DNA of 64,000 nt. Origin: Lama guanicoe. Its lineage: Eukaryota. Positions 1 to 13,579 of this stretch are shown here, in pieces. A program made the position numbers and the translations under genes. Numbering within the stretch: position 1 is the stretch's first letter; every line of letters begins with the position of its first letter. Under the pieces are notes generated by a model. That model had not been told where the DNA came from. It made no database searches and saw nothing but the letters and a program-made list of their open reading frames with translations. Location of the stretch: contig MU053994.1 of assembly GCA_013239625.1 (NCBI GenBank), positions 186,001-250,000 of the forward strand. The letters run 5' to 3'.

Positions 1-2620
1 CACAGTTGACCATGTTCTCCCAGGCGTTACTGGCTTTTTCACTGACACAGTACTCATGATATTTGAGTTGAGCTGGTTAGATCCATCGGGTAGAATGAGG
101 GCAGGGGCTTTCTTGTTTCCTAGTTTTCTGGACTGCTGGTCTGGGTAGCCTAATGTTTTATTATCCCTGAGCATAGTTTTCACCCAAGAGCTGTCTGATG
201 ACTAGAGATGGTTACTGGGGTTTTGCCACCAGCCAGATCATTCCTGTCAGAGTTTTCAGAGAGAGCTGTTAAAGTTTGGTTTTTGAATAGACAGATGATC
301 CATTTTCATCCCTAGGGCTCTTTCTGCATAACCAACTGTCACAGCCTTGGCCTGCTATCTCTAATTGATTCAAAAGTCTGGACTTAGAGACTTCATTCTC
401 AAGGATCCATGGTTGCAAAATTGGATTCTAAATTAGCTTGTGGACTTCCTCGAATTTTAGGAAAGTTGTGTTCCTTCAGTATGTTGAAGAACTTCTGGAT
501 CAAGAGGGTTGTTAAAACAGCATGATTTAGGCATTTGTAAGCTGAATTCTTACCTTCTTGTGGTGGTTAAAGATGTGAATCTGCTAGAAGGTAGGCTTAA
601 ACCTCTTCAAGTTTCAGTCCTGACAGTTCTGAGAGATTTCTAGGAGAATTAACTTGGATTTGCCTTCTTAAGATAGAAGAAAATAAAACTAATAGTCTTT
701 ACTCCACCTATTCCTTGCCTGTCAGGACAGTTTTAGAGAAGAGTTACTTTGGTTAACTTAACTTTTTCTAGAAAGCTCCACAGAAATTTCTCACCTAGCA
801 CAGGTATATAGGGCATTTTAATTTTCATTATTTGAAGGAAAAAGGTTTCCCCCCTCAGTTAGATACTGACTTCCAGAAACTTTTAAATTTTAGAAAGAGA
901 TGCCGTGACCAGAAGATTTTTATCTTTAACTGAATGCATTTTAATTTGGCATGATTATGAGTTAATTTGAACAAGATCTCCAATTTTCTCCTAGAATCTC
1001 TTATCTTCAGTATAATTTCTCTTTTAATCTGAAACCCTATTTCTTTCATGAAAAAATTGTGTAGCATATCCTCAGTTGTCTTGGAAAAATGCCTGGATCT
1101 GGTACCATTATTTCTACCATAAAAACCTTGATAATGAAGTACCTGGGAGCAGGTGACCTGTCATTGATGAGGCTGGACACTGCAGGTGGATCAGGGTTGA
1201 CAGTCTTAGGACCCCTAAGGGTTGAACTTTCTGACCCATCCCGTTTCTAACTGTCAGGGTTAAAATGGTGAGTTTGAGCAGAAGTTGTGGTCAGAATTAG
1301 ATAGGGACGGAGAGACTGGTACTTCCCCCGCCGTGGTTTAGAAGCCCGTCTCAAGAACCATTACAAAATCTGAGCCTTCAAATACATTTAAGATCATTTT
1401 AATGTAGAATATAGGTACACATCTTGAATGGCCCCAAACCAGACTAATACTGATGGCCTGTCTGACTCCCAAAGCCCAATTATAAGCCACATTTATAAGG
1501 ATAAAGAGGTTTGGTAACCAAACTGGACATTTTGTCGCCTTTAACTCTTGATATGCAGAGACCCCCACTTTGGGGCCATATATGTCCAGTAACTTTGGGG
1601 GAGAGAAAGCACTGCTCTTTTTCTTCATGGTGAAAATTTAAGTCATAGTGAACTGAGAACTTTTGTTTTAAAATTATTTATATTATACCTCTGAAATGGC
1701 AAAATTATACTTCAGACTGCGGAACTAGCTTGCCATAAAGGCAAACAAACCAGCAAATTTCCTCATATCTTGAGAGCTGAAACATGTTTTTCAGTTATAA
1801 TTCCAATTTTTAAAACTCTCAGTGCTTTGTCTAATTAATTACATGTCATAACTTGTCATGTCAGACACTCCAACTGAATCACTATCATTTGGCTGGTTGG
1901 AGGCAAAGTATTTCCTTGAAATATATTGAAATAAGATCATCAGATATGTTTAGACTTTCTCCATAACTGGAGACAGGACAGTATAGAGGTCAGCAATTCC
2001 CTGTCCAACCCTACAAGTTACTTAATTGCTCTGTGCCTCAGTTTCTTCCACCAAATTTGCATGATGTACTTGCCCGGCCTACCTCACAAAGTTGTCAGGA
2101 AGATCACATTAAATAATAGGTGTGAAAATGGTTTGAGAATATTTTTAAAGTGCCATGCATGTTTAAGGAATTGTTATTATAGTTATTCAAGCCCATAAAC
2201 AGGTTATTGTTCTATTTTTACTGTTAGAAAAGAAACAAGTAGCATCATTCACATGAGTGTCTTGAGTGAATACGTCGGCCTTTGGTCTTAAGGAAGGGCA
2301 AGCGTAAATGGTCTTTACTCTCAGAGAGAACTCAGCAGCCGCCCTTTCTCTTACCATCAGTTGCTTATAAAAATTAGCACCCAAACATATGTTACTTGGA
2401 GGAAAAAGACCCACTGGAATCTGAGAAATTGCTTTTGATAGCAAATGAGTTTATCATTTTTGTATCTGTCATCGTTCATAAAGGACATAGCATCTTTTGT
2501 TAATTTTGGTTTACAGTTTGAATGCCTGATCTTGCTAGACTTTAACTGAATGTGGGTATAATCTTTTCAGCCTTGTAAATGGGAAAATAAAAATTAAAAT
2601 TGGTTGTCAAATACAGCATT
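1..2620 (+). other. Probable distal 3' UTR and poly(A) region of the upstream neighbour XK
   Basis: Repeat-poor AT-rich sequence ending in AATAAA (2586-2591), with further AATAAA near 2741 and TG-rich sequence downstream. XK is the conserved upstream neighbour of CYBB. No XK coding sequence is visible, so this is a synteny inference. Confidence 0.35.
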
Positions 2621-2861
2621 TCCTTGGAAACCACGTTAGAACATGAGTGCTGTGATTATGAGTGTGTGTGTCAGTACTTCTCAGCCAGCACATTGTGGAT
2701 GTGAGCTTCTGCAGGCTGCTTCTCTGCAGCCATTCACTCTAATAAATATTGTGTATGTTTCTTCATATAATAAATTAATTTTTCGTTTTCTCCTTTTTCA
2801 TTCCTTATACAGTCCTTTCCTGACTTTTTGACTTCAGGGACTATTATAGAAACAAATTTGA

Positions 2862-2945
2862 GGAGGGAGGGTATAGCTCAGTGGTAGAGTGCACACTTAG
2901 CATGCATGAGGTTCTGGATTCAATCCCTAGTATTGCCATAAAAAA
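2862..2945 (+). mobile_element. tRNA-Ala-derived camelid SINE (Vic-1-type)
   Basis: GGGTATAGCTCAGTGGTAGAG A-box, GGATTCAATCCC B-box, A tail; TSD AGAAACAAATTTGA at 2848-2861 and 2946-2959. Confidence 0.9.
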
Positions 2946-3287
2946 AGAAACAAATTTGAAAATGATTTTGTTGTGATTAATTATGATTTTGTGACTTCCC
3001 CTGGAAAGTTTGTCTGTAGGATGAGAAATTTGAGAGTGCTAGTATTCTGCTTTGCGAGGCACCAACAGTCCATGGAGTCTCCTCTGATTGTTTCATAAGC
3101 ATTTACTCCATGGGTTAAAGCTACACTGATAGATACTGAAATTCCACTCAAACACAAGTGGTATACTGGTCCAGAAATATAAAATACCAGATGAGCAAAT
3201 CAATATTAACATAAACAGATAGCCAAAGGTAAATGACAATCCATTCCTGGAAAAAAATCAGGTTTTTTTTCCATGTCCAAATGCAAT

Positions 3288-4046
3288 ATTTTATTTTTTT
3301 ATTGAGGTATAATTGATATATAATGTTATATTAGTTTCAGGTGTACAACATAATGATTCAACATTTGTATCACTGCAAAATGATAACTGCAATGATTTGA
3401 TTTACCATCCATCACCATACAAAGTTATAAAAAAATTTTTCTGATGAGGTTTTAAGATTCACTCTCTTAGCAAATTTGAAATTCACCATGCTGTATATTA
3501 CATCCCATGACATTTATTTTATAACTGGAATTTTATGCCTCTTAATCCCCTCTACCGATTTCTCTCCCCCCCCCCCNNNNNNNNNNNNNNNNNNNNNNNN
3601 NNNNNNNNNNNNNNNNNNNNNNNNNNNNNNNNNNNNNNNNNNNNNNNNNNNNNNNNNNNNNNNNNNNNNNNNNNNNNNNNNNNNNNNNNNNNNNNNNNNN
3701 NNNNNNNNNNNNNNNNNNNNNNNNNNNNNNNNNNNNNNNNNNNNNNNNNNNNNNNNNNNNNNNNNNNNNNNNNNNNNNNNNNNNNNNNNNNNNNNNNNNN
3801 NNNNNNNNNNNNNNNNNNNNNNNNNNNNNNNNNNNNNNNNNNNNNNNNNNNNNNNNNNNNNNNNNNNNNNNNNNNNNNNNNNNNNNNNNNNNNNNNNNNN
3901 NNNNNNNNNNNNCCCCCCCCCCAATTCCCCTCCCCTCTGGCAACCACCAGTCTGTTTTCTGTATCTGTGAGGGTTTTTTGGTTTGTTTTAAGAAAGACAA
4001 ATACCATATTATTTCACTTGTATGTGGAGTCTAAAGAACAAAACAA
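3288..4046 (-). mobile_element. 5'-truncated L1 3' end with a short inverted 5' piece (3991-4046), interrupted by an assembly gap
   Basis: poly(T) start, then ATTGAGGTATAATTGATATATAATG..., CCCTCTGGCAACCACCAGTCTGTTTTCTGTATCTGTGAG; 3991-4046 is L1 3' UTR in + orientation. Confidence 0.8.
3577..3911. other. Assembly gap, 335 N, flanked by poly(C) on both sides
   Basis: Direct reading of the N run. Confidence 1.
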
Positions 4047-4260
4047 TCAGTTATTAAAGGGGTCATTTCAGAGCGTGAGATAGACATAGATTGTTGGAAT
4101 AATTCCTTTTCCTCTGAAGGTGGCCTTGCAATTTGGAAAGACTTAGCTAGAAGATAAAGTCTTTTGAAAGAGATCCATTGGTATTCAATCAACCCCTTGA
4201 GAAAACTGGCCATCAACAAGTGTAGTGTTTAAGTAGGCCAGTCTAAAATTACTTCACTTA

Positions 4261-4347
4261 AGGGAGGGTACGGCTCAGTGGTAGAGTATATGTTTTGCAT
4301 GTATGAGGTCCCAGGTTCAATCCCTGGTACCTCCATTAAAAAACATT
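4261..4347 (+). mobile_element. Vic-1-type SINE
   Basis: GGGAGGGTACGGCTCAGTGGTAGAG...GGTTCAATCCCTGGTACCTCC; TSD TAAAATTACTTCA at 4244-4256 and 4348-4360. Confidence 0.9.
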
Positions 4348-6339
4348 TAAAATTACTTCATTTGTTGTTTGTAAGTGTTTTTTCTTTTGAAATCATTTCA
4401 AGCTAATAGAAGAGCCTTAAGAATAGTGCAAGGACTTCCTTTATCCTTCACCCACTTTCATGTATTAATATTTTGTCACATTTGCTTTATAATTCTTATT
4501 TCCCTCTTTTGCCCTTTTATACCTAAATACTTCAATGTGTATTCTCTTATACACTGAACAGAGGCATTCTCTTACACAGCCACAAAACGATGATAAAATT
4601 CTGGAGATTAAACAGGAATACAATAATAGTATCTAATCTAGAGTTTATATTCCATTTAACAATGGTACCAATTACGTTTGTTTTCACAAAACTTCCTTAA
4701 AATGTGATTCTACTCCGTTCTCTTCACTGGGGTCTCTTTATTTAAAGTTATGGGTAAGTTTTAACTTCCCTATGAATGCTGGGAAAACTATGGCAGACTT
4801 TGAAAATCTGTTTGAAGAAAACTCACATTATCAGTACTGACTAACAGCTTAAAAGCATAAATTTGGGATGTTTACTGGTGAACTGTGGGTAATTCTTCAT
4901 GGATATTCATTTTAGGCGTCAAATGTTTGCTGCTTAATATGTGAGCCTGTAGTTCATGCCCCTCCCCTGCCCCACTGTGATGGTTCTGTTTTACAGCGTT
5001 TAGGCCCAAGTTTGCAACGATGAGGAAGAGGGTGAGGGAAGTACAGTATATATTATTCTGCCATGACCGTATTTCCCCAGTGCCCCCTCCAGGAGACTGT
5101 ATTCTCTATGAACATCTTTCTAAGTGGGAAAGAGCTCAGAAATACCAACTAGACACTAATGAGTGACATTTTGAGCCTTTTCTCTTTTTCAGAAAAAGGC
5201 ACTTCATCTCAGCAGAGATTTGTACAGAGCTGGGAATTCAGAGACATCCCCAATCCCTTCCTTCCCAGCACACAACAAACCCTATCAGACTAGACCCTTA
5301 ACCCGCTAAGAAGGTGTGTCCACTGCAGAAGCCTGCCCGAAAGAAAGCCTCACTCCTCCCAGTCACCCTCTCGGCGTGGTTGTTGCTCTGGAAATTACTC
5401 CAGGAGGTCTAAAACAGTGCTGGTTCAAGCAGGGTTTGGACCTCAGAGCATCTCTGAGGATGCACAGCACGATGTAGCAGCGTCTTTTTGCAGCAGGTTA
5501 TCAGGAAACGTCCCACTCAGACTCCGCTGCGTGAGGTTGCAGGGTTTGCCTCCTCCCAAGGATTCAGCCAGAGAGGTTTTGAGATTCTGCCTGTGCTCCT
5601 GTTCCCTCCCTGCCTCCCATCCTGAATTAATTCTCTCTCTCCAAATGATGAGTTCCTGATTGAAGCCTGATTAGCCTGCTTCCTAGAGCCCTGGGACATC
5701 AGCCTCCGTAGACATCTGCATTATGCATACCGGGTTAATTTCTTATCAGTCGGCTTCCTATTTTAATTACCTAACTCGACAGTTAATGAGGCGGGTTTTC
5801 AGGAGCGATAGCACTCAAGAAACAAAACAGGATTTAGAGATTCTATCTGGGAGCAATGCTGCAGGACCATCCCCGCCACCACTCCAGTGGAGAGGAGACT
5901 GCTTCCCTGGTGTCGCCTTCTCCTAACAAGGTGACCTTCTTAAGTGGACTGGCAGAATGTTTGAGAACAATGGCGCCCAGCTGTAGAGCTGCAGACCTCC
6001 AAGAATTACAGAGGCATTGCGCTCCTGTCCACTAACTAGAGATGCTTGACACTATCTGGGGATTCCTGACACACATCTGTACACTTGTTTTTCATACCCA
6101 TGGGGGTGCTGTTGTGAGTGATAAAACAGGACTGATTAAAAGTGTCACTGTATTTAAAGTAACTTTGTCATTACCCCCCAGGCCCTACCATGAACAAGTG
6201 TTAAAAATTCAATCACTATCATGTGGGAAGTGACCTTAAAAGACCTCCTTTGTCATTGAAAATGTTGGGAACTACTACCCTAGAAAGTTTTTTCACCGAT
6301 GGACTATTTTCTCCCATATACTTAGAGTATATTCTTTTC

Positions 6340-6847
6340 CTTTTATTTTTTTTTAATTGTTTATTGAAGTGTAGTTGATTTACAATGTTAGTTTTAGGTG
6401 TACAGCAAAATGATTGTTATACATATACATGCACATATATTTTTTCTTTTCAGATTCTTTTCCATTATATGTTATTACAAGAAACTGAATATAGTTCCCT
6501 GTGCTATACAGTAGGTCCTTTTTGTTCATCTATAATATATATAGAAATTTGTGGCTGTTAATTCCCAACCCCTAATTTATCCCTCCTGGTCCTTTCCCCT
6601 TTGGTAACCATAGTTTGTTTTCTATGTCCATGAGTCTGTTTTTGTTTTGTAAATATAATTTGTATCTTTTTTTTTAGATTCCACGTATAGGTGATATCAT
6701 ATGATATTTGTCTTTGTCTGACTTACTTCACTTAGTATGATAATCTCTAGGTCCACCCATGTTGCTGCAAATAGCATTATTTCATTCTTTTTTATAGCTG
6801 AGTAACATTCACTGTGTGTGTATATATATATGCATATACATATATAT

Positions 6848-6896
<49 letters not shown>

Positions 6897-6955
6897 TACA
6901 TACACCATCTTCTTTATCCAGTCATCTATTGATGGACATTTAGGTTGTTTCCAAA
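6340..6955 (-). mobile_element. L1 3' end fragment containing a (TA/CA)n microsatellite at ~6815-6903
   Basis: poly(T) then ATTGAAGTGTAGTTGATTTACAATG; minus-strand translation ends in L1 ORF2 C-terminus-like ECYSAIKKNEIMLFAATWVDLEIIILSEVSQ. Confidence 0.9.
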
Positions 6956-7234
6956 TGAGGGTTGTTCACACGTGAATCACTTGGCTTGTCTCATTCCCAG
7001 CTTCATTCAAGAGATGATAAAATCTTTTTATTTTAAAAATGTAACGTGAATGTTCTACCTTCAAAAAGTAAATTATCTACCTTTACACAAAGTATGTCAT
7101 CAAGGTGAAATGCTTTTACAATTTCAAAGCACTAAAAAAAAGTTATGTTATTCTCATAATAACCATCAAAATAATTAAGTGATTGCTACACCTTCTTCAA
7201 TTCACCTCCCAATTCACTTCCTTGGCCTTATCAG

Positions 7235-7725
7235 AAACTATATCAAAGTGTTTTCAGCTACAATTTGTAGAACAACTGATTAGAAGTGGCTTAAACAAGA
7301 GGATTTTATTACCTGACCTAACAAGAAGTTTGGTTGCTTCCTCTTCACATTTGTCTCTTTACCATTACAAGAGGGCAGCCTGGGCTCCCGGCATCACATC
7401 TACAAAACTGAATCCAAAATTAGAAAAAAGGATTTCCCTTTGGGTATCTCTGTTCTTTCAGGAGGAAAGTCTTTCCTAAAATCACCTACCAACTGCAGCA
7501 AAATTCCCCAAATGTCCTACTGGCCGGAGTTGAGTCGCTTCCCTACCTCTAAAGCTGTCTCTGGCAAGGAGAATAAAACATGGTCGTGGTTTCCTGTGAC
7601 TGCACAGCGTTCACCCCTCGGGGCTGGCCAAGAGGCCACCACCTTTCAGCTTACAGGAGGAAGAATCCCCACAGAAATGTGGTTCTGCAAGCAACAAGGA
7701 GTGGGGGAAATTGCCATTTGCTGAG
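7235..7725 (-). mobile_element. Old MaLR (MLT1-type) LTR remnant
   Basis: AGTGGCTTAAACAAG and related MLT1-like motifs; highly diverged. Confidence 0.4.
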
Positions 7726-9984
7726 CAACCTGACATTTCCCTGTCATTTTAAAAACTAAAGCTTCAGCTAGGCTGATGAATTGGGGAAGAATGTGGAAGT
7801 TCCCTACCCCTCCCCCCACCCAAAAAAAGTCCTGTACTTCCTTCATCTCCTTTTGCATTATGTGTCCCTGGTTAAGAAGTTCTCAGGAAGAAGTCACATA
7901 TTGAATAAATATGGCAATTACACCCAGCTATCTTGTGAGAATGCCTACTAATGGGATTGTCTTTGTGTCGCTGGAGTGAAATTGTAGGTCTGTGGGTATC
8001 TAAAGGAGTTAGGAGGAGAATTCTCAGCTCTGAAGAATCAGGAATCCTAGAGGTTAGAAGGGGAAACCAGATAGTCATATTAGTTCAACAGACACTTCAC
8101 GAGTGCCCGCGTCTGCCAGGTGCTGGACTCGGCTCTGAGGGTAGACTGGCAAGAAAGACACCAGCTCTAGTGTCCAGAACTCCGAGTCTAGTTGAAGAGT
8201 CAGACCTAACCTGGTGATCTTAATGCACTGAGGTAAGAGTTATGATGAGACTAGAACCCAGGAGGTCCCAAGGACAGAAATAAGGAGCCCAGATCTAGTC
8301 TTGGAGGTTCAGAGAAGATTCACAGAGAAAGTGATATATAAAATCTGAGACAAGAGCTGAATTTACCCTTAAGTTTATAAAGCTAAAGCCTCAGGTCCCC
8401 CAGTGAATGTGGGGAGTTGTAGCATATTCTAGGCGGGAAGGAGAAATCAGGATGCAATCAAAAAACACATTTATTAAGTAATTCTGCCACGTTGTCCAAA
8501 GAAATCACAGAAGGAAGGGACCAGAATCTCTAAGGCACCCGTGATTTGTTATGATTTTCTTTTCATTCTGAATATTCTTTCATTTTGTACCTAGTTTTGA
8601 ATTCATATTTTTTATCTTTTTTTCAAAGCCTCTCCCTAGACCAAGTTGTCTAATTTTCAGGCCCCATAAAACCTAGATCTGCCCCTGCTTGAGATCTGAA
8701 GCATGAGTAGCTGTTTGCCCGGTGAAGGCAGTGGAAAGAATATTCCTGATAAAGGGAACACCACGTGCAAAAGCCCGGAATTAGTAAAAAAGGACATTTA
8801 TAATCAGGGAACAGCTCGTAGGTCAGTGTTGCTGGAACATGGGAGAGAGGTGATGGGCCACCCTCCTCTTTTCCTGGAAAAGCTGATAGGACTTATCAAG
8901 GCCAACTAGTGAGGTAGAGCACATGTGAGCCTAAAGCCTGGTTTATCAAGTCTTATTTTTTGTTCTTTGGAACCAAAAAAGTTACCACTGCTTAAGTAGA
9001 TAAATTAGACAAAAAATACATTTTCTTCAAACTGATTTTTTAGGAGGGAGACTCTGAAGTGCTCACATTGTGGAGGAAGACAGTTTGGCTAAGGGGTCAT
9101 AGTCACATGGCATTTGATGGTGTCAGGCCAGGGCCCAAGAAAGACGGCTGTCCCTATCCAGACCATCCACCTCTTTATTCAAAGTCCCCGAGGACAGTGT
9201 TTCCTGAAAGAAGCAAGACCCTTTATTATCTCCCCCCAACCATGATGCAAAACTCTAGTCAGCTCTTTGGACACATCTGAAAGAATCCTTTCCTCCACAC
9301 CAGAAAGGTTCCAGTAACACTTAACAGCAGGGTATAAAACCTACCCTGTGTACTTTATGTTACTGTCAATACTCTGCTCTTGGAATTACAGGACCACTGG
9401 GAGGAAAATCTCCATCACCTGCTCCAGTGGGTACATCTTTCACCTGTAAAGGGCTTAACTAAGTGGACGAATCCTGGCCCTGAAATCTGACCAATTGGAC
9501 ATCATGGATTATAGAAAGGGTCCAAAGAGTTACAAAAGGAGGCAGAGTGGTCTTCATTCATTCCTCAGGGTCCTACATCTCTCCTAGTACCGTGTGTTAC
9601 AGGAAAAGACAGGGAGATCCTAATTCCCCTACCTGAATGTTGACCTCCCTTTTCAGGTCGTAGAACTTCTTGGAATTGCTTTATATTCACCTCCCAGACT
9701 GCATCCATTCTCTACTTTCTCTGAAGAACTGATTCTGAAGGAAAGAGATAGATAAGGTTTCTATTAGGTCCCAAAGAACTACTCAGGAGAGACGGGACTC
9801 TGTAACCTGACAGGGCTACCTGGGATTACAGGAGGAAACAAATATTGTAAAAGACACATCAGATTTCTAAGACTTAGTACAAAAAAAATAGAAAATATCT
9901 TAATAATTTTAATACTTGATGACATGTGGCAATGATAATATTTTGGATACATTGGGCTAGATATGGGATTTTTAAAAAATTGAT

Positions 9985-10180
9985 CTTTTTTTACATTTTT
10001 TTATTGAGTTATAGTCATTTTACAATGTTGTGTCAAATTCCAGTGTAGAGCACAACTTTTCAGTTATACATGAACATACATATATTCATTGTCACATTTT
10101 TTTCACTGTGAGCTACCCTGTGCTATACAGTATAATCTTGTTTGTCTATTCTGCATATGCCTGTCAGTATCTACAAATTT
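9985..10180 (-). mobile_element. Young, short L1 3'-end copy inserted in a MER3/MER33-like DNA transposon (~9860-10300)
   Basis: Reverse complement closely resembles the element at 44072-44285. Flanks show ...GATAATATTTTGGATACATTGGG and ...TACTGGACAGTGCTGCTTTAG. Confidence 0.75.
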
Positions 10181-10320
10181 GGGGGAAAAAATTAATCTCA
10201 CCCCATCTAGTTACTTTCAAAAGGTGGCTATTAGGAAATGTAAAATGTCATGGGTGGTTGGCATTTGTGGTTTGTGTTATACTGGACAGTGCTGCTTTAG
10301 ACATTTGGATAGAGAGATGC

Positions 10321-10974
10321 TGTTGCCAGTAGATGTAGCCGGTGTCTAGGTTCTTGTCCCGTCCCAGAAAGAATTCAGAGGTGAGATGCAGAGGTTAAGA
10401 AAGTAAAATGAGGATTTATTAAGGGATGGATAGTACACTCTCAAGGGGAGAGCTGGCAGGCTCAGGTGAGCGGCTGCCCTGAGTTTCTTTGGTAAACTGG
10501 TTACATAGAGTGTAAAAAAGAATGGGCAGAATATTCATTGCGGAGGGAGGAATTTAGGATCATGTTCCCTGATTTTCATCCCAGCTCCACCTTCCCAAAG
10601 GGAGGAGGGATTTTTGTCCTTATTTAGTCTGGATATGAGGTGTCATGGCATCAGTGCATGATGGGTACTTCTGATGTGCAAGGCTAATTTTATTGAAATG
10701 AGGGCATAATGAGCAAAAGGTTACATTCAGACCCTGGAAATTCCTTCCTTTTCCCACCTTTCTTTGTCGTCTCCAGGCCACTCATCACCCCAAAAGGTGT
10801 GACCCCTTATCAGCCCAGAGGTTCCTGCTTTTCGTTCTCTGCCCAGGGACCCCTGGTGCTTACATAATGCATGATTTCCTGCATTTGGCCTGTGCCCCTC
10901 CTTTCTGCCCAATTCCTGCCATTTGGTCTGTGTCCCTTTCTCTGCTCATATCTAGCTATCTGCCTGCTCTAACA
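10321..10974 (-). mobile_element. Solo ERV LTR (ERV1-like)
   Basis: TG...CA termini, 4-bp TSD ATGC/ATAC (1 mismatch), minus-strand AATAAA (TTTATT near 10415). Confidence 0.75.
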
Positions 10975-11174
10975 ATACCCTGAAGACCTGCTTTTCTACG
11001 AAGAAGGCTAAGTGCACCACAAAAATGTCATTAGCCAGGTCTCATTCTTGGATATCATTTTTATCCTCTTGTGTCAGAAAAATTATATTTACAATAAGAA
11101 CAGGTATTCCTCATTCTATATTTCTATGTTCAAAGAGAGTGTTCTGAGCAGTGGGGACAATGTTTTCTTATACC

Positions 11175-11330
11175 TTGGTTCTCAACCTTGGCTCCCCATT
11201 AATCACCTGAAGGCTTTAGAAAATTCTGAAGTCAGGCTACACCCCAGGCCAATTAAGTGGTAGTATGTGGGAGTGCGACCTGTGGATCAGGGTTTTTCTA
11301 AATTTCCCCCAAGTGATTACAATGTACTTG
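11175..11330. mobile_element. MER5A-like hAT DNA transposon
   Basis: GGTTCTCAACCTTGGCT...AATCACCTG...CCCCAAGTGATTACAATGT. Confidence 0.7.
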
Positions 11331-11723
11331 GGAGCTCCAGCCTTCCAGAAATCTTGCTTTATAAGAAAGGCAAGTGTCTGGGGCTTGACAGCAGGTGGCT
11401 ATTTTATCAGATATATGTGTCTGAAGGTAGCAGAGTCACTGACTCCCTTACACTGTGCTTAGATAGCCAGGTAAAATGTAGCTTTCCTTATTCCAGAATG
11501 GATCCAGGCTTCCTCATGAGTCCCCATCCGCATTTGGCACACATACAAAAAAACCTCAGACAAGGCAAAACCTTGCTAACCTGGTATCTTTATCTCTGCA
11601 AAACTGAATAGTTTCTCTAGAATAACTGGCCATCTTAGATGTAAAATGCTCTTTCGGAACCCCTTCCCCGCCCTCCTCCTTTACTAAGATAATGGCACTC
11701 CAGTGTATGGGAGACACCGAGTG

Positions 11724-11741
11724 TGCGCCACCTCATGGCAG
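11724..11741 (-). promoter_or_regulatory. CTCF-like motif, reverse orientation
   Basis: Reverse complement CTGCCATGAGGTGGCGCA vs consensus CCASYAGRKGGCRS (2 mismatches). Confidence 0.45.
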
Positions 11742-12689
11742 AGGGGCGGCTGGACCTTCCGGCCTGAGGCTGGTCCTGGGGCCAGGCCAGGCCAGTGTTA
11801 GCTCACAGCTGGGCCCTGCACCGTCTGCTGAGTCTGCGCCCTGGTCTGCAGCTGGTGGGGCCCGTCCTCTGCTTTCTTCTTGGGCCTTCCTCTGCTCACT
11901 GTGAGCTGCAGACCCCGGAGCCCGCGCCAGTCCCTCCTCCCGGCCCTGCACCTTGGCTGTTCCACAGAGGATACAGTGAAGGCTTTGGGCCTCGGCCTCT
12001 CGTCCCAACTCCCCTGGGCAAGGCTGGGCCTCTGGGACCCTGTGGTCACAGCAGAGGGCTAGTCCCTGCCCTTCTCTGTCTGACCTCTCCTCCTTGCTAA
12101 CTCATGATTAGGTTGGACCTAGGACAGTGTCCCTCAGAGAGTCACCAATGGGAAGAGAAGCACAAGGCCCTAAACCATGGGCATGCTCTTAACTCATTCC
12201 ATCTGTCTTCCCACGCTGAGGTCTGAGGGAGGGACTTCAGGACGCAGGGGGCCCCCTCCTCCCACAACCCCTCGCCCGAGGGCCCACCGCCCACTTCCTC
12301 TCCCTCACAGCCTGCCTTTCTCTGAGGCAGCAAGTCTGTCCCAGGTGACCCAGGCTGAAACAGTGTCCTCTCTGCTCTGCCAGAGCAATGTGACCTCAGC
12401 CCTCTAGGACTGGCTTTTGATGTGCTCAGTGAGAGCCAAAGAACTTAGACACCAGTCTTTTCTCACAGCCAAGTCTGGCTTTCAAGATCCTGGCTTCAAC
12501 TCAAAACATCTTCTTTTTGCCAACCTCCAGTGGAAACACTATCCTCTTCTCTTAGATTCTACCCTAAATCACATCCCTCCATTCCCTCATCCCTGGCCGA
12601 TGCTGCCTCAGGATGACTAGGGACAGGGCCAGCCACATGGAAATGCAAAAGACAAAAGCCCAGTAATGTGCATTTTAAGATATGATTAT

Positions 12690-12900
12690 TACTCTTATTA
12701 TAATTATGTAGGACCAGTTTAGTGAGGGCCAGACCCTGTTGGGTGCTTTCCCTGAATTAAGTCATCTAATCCTGATTATAATCTAATGAGCAAACAGGCA
12801 CAGAGAGGTTAAGTAACTTGCCCAAAGTCACACAGCTGTCAAGGTCAACCAGGAATTTGGATCTAGACCAGCTCCAGAGTCTATATTCCTAACCTCTTCC
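12690..12900. mobile_element. MIR SINE
   Basis: GGCACAGAGAGGTTAAGTAACTTGCCCAAAGTCACACAGCT core. Confidence 0.85.
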
Positions 12901-13579
12901 CTCCCTTCATGAGGCCCCTCCCCTCTGCACACTCTCCACTTGTCTTCTAGAGAGACACAAAGATGAAGAGCTCCAAGAAAACATTCTTTTGACATGAGAG
13001 GTCTAGGATATCTCGCTACCAAAATGCTTTTTGGAAGGGGTTGGAGTACAATATTTAAAAAGTAAATATATGTGCAGGAAGACATTTCAGTTGGGCTTAT
13101 TATCAATCATTAAAGCTCCCTGTCCCAACAGTATTTAATCTGTCTCTGTGGCGTCCAAGTCCTTGCTTCAGGCTCTTTTGAATTCTGGACATTAACCTAG
13201 TGTGACTTATTGTAAAGTGCTCTTAGCCTCACTCATTACTGCCTCCTAATTCCTTTTGTCTATCAGCTATTCCTGCACAATTTGCATGTTCTGATGTGAT
13301 TATATATTGCTTTCTGATTGCATCCTACACGTATATTCTGTTTCCCCGACTTGTCTGTGAGCTCCCTGAGGATGGGGACTATATTCTCTATCAGATTCAC
13401 AGCCCCCACAGTGCTAGCACAGCAGGGAGCACAGAGAAGGGGCCCAGTAAAGATTTGTGGATTGATTCACTTGGGGAAAAGTTAATTATCTCTCCCTGCT
13501 TACTCTTCAAATCTTTGAAACTTAAACTTAACCTCTGGCTTCCTTTATATTTCAGATATATGCACTGGCCTGTGTACTA

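Noticed and set aside
2862..2945. tRNA-Ala-like sequences here and at 4261, 16483, 51361 and 61131 as tRNA genes
   Set aside because: Degenerate stems, A-rich tails and target-site duplications identify them as tRNA-derived SINEs.
3476..4083. Long ORFs of 136-182 aa in five frames
   Set aside because: Artefacts of translating through the 335-N gap.
11795..12100. Faint resemblance of SSAHCELQTPEPA / GAGCTGCAGACCCCG to the AELQFPVSR motif of short H2A variants, which I recall occurring near this X-linked region
   Set aside because: No downstream histone-fold motifs (LEYL, ILELAG, RITP) in any frame, and the similarity is within chance for GC-rich DNA. TBLASTN with H2A.L, H2A.B and H2A.Q would settle it.
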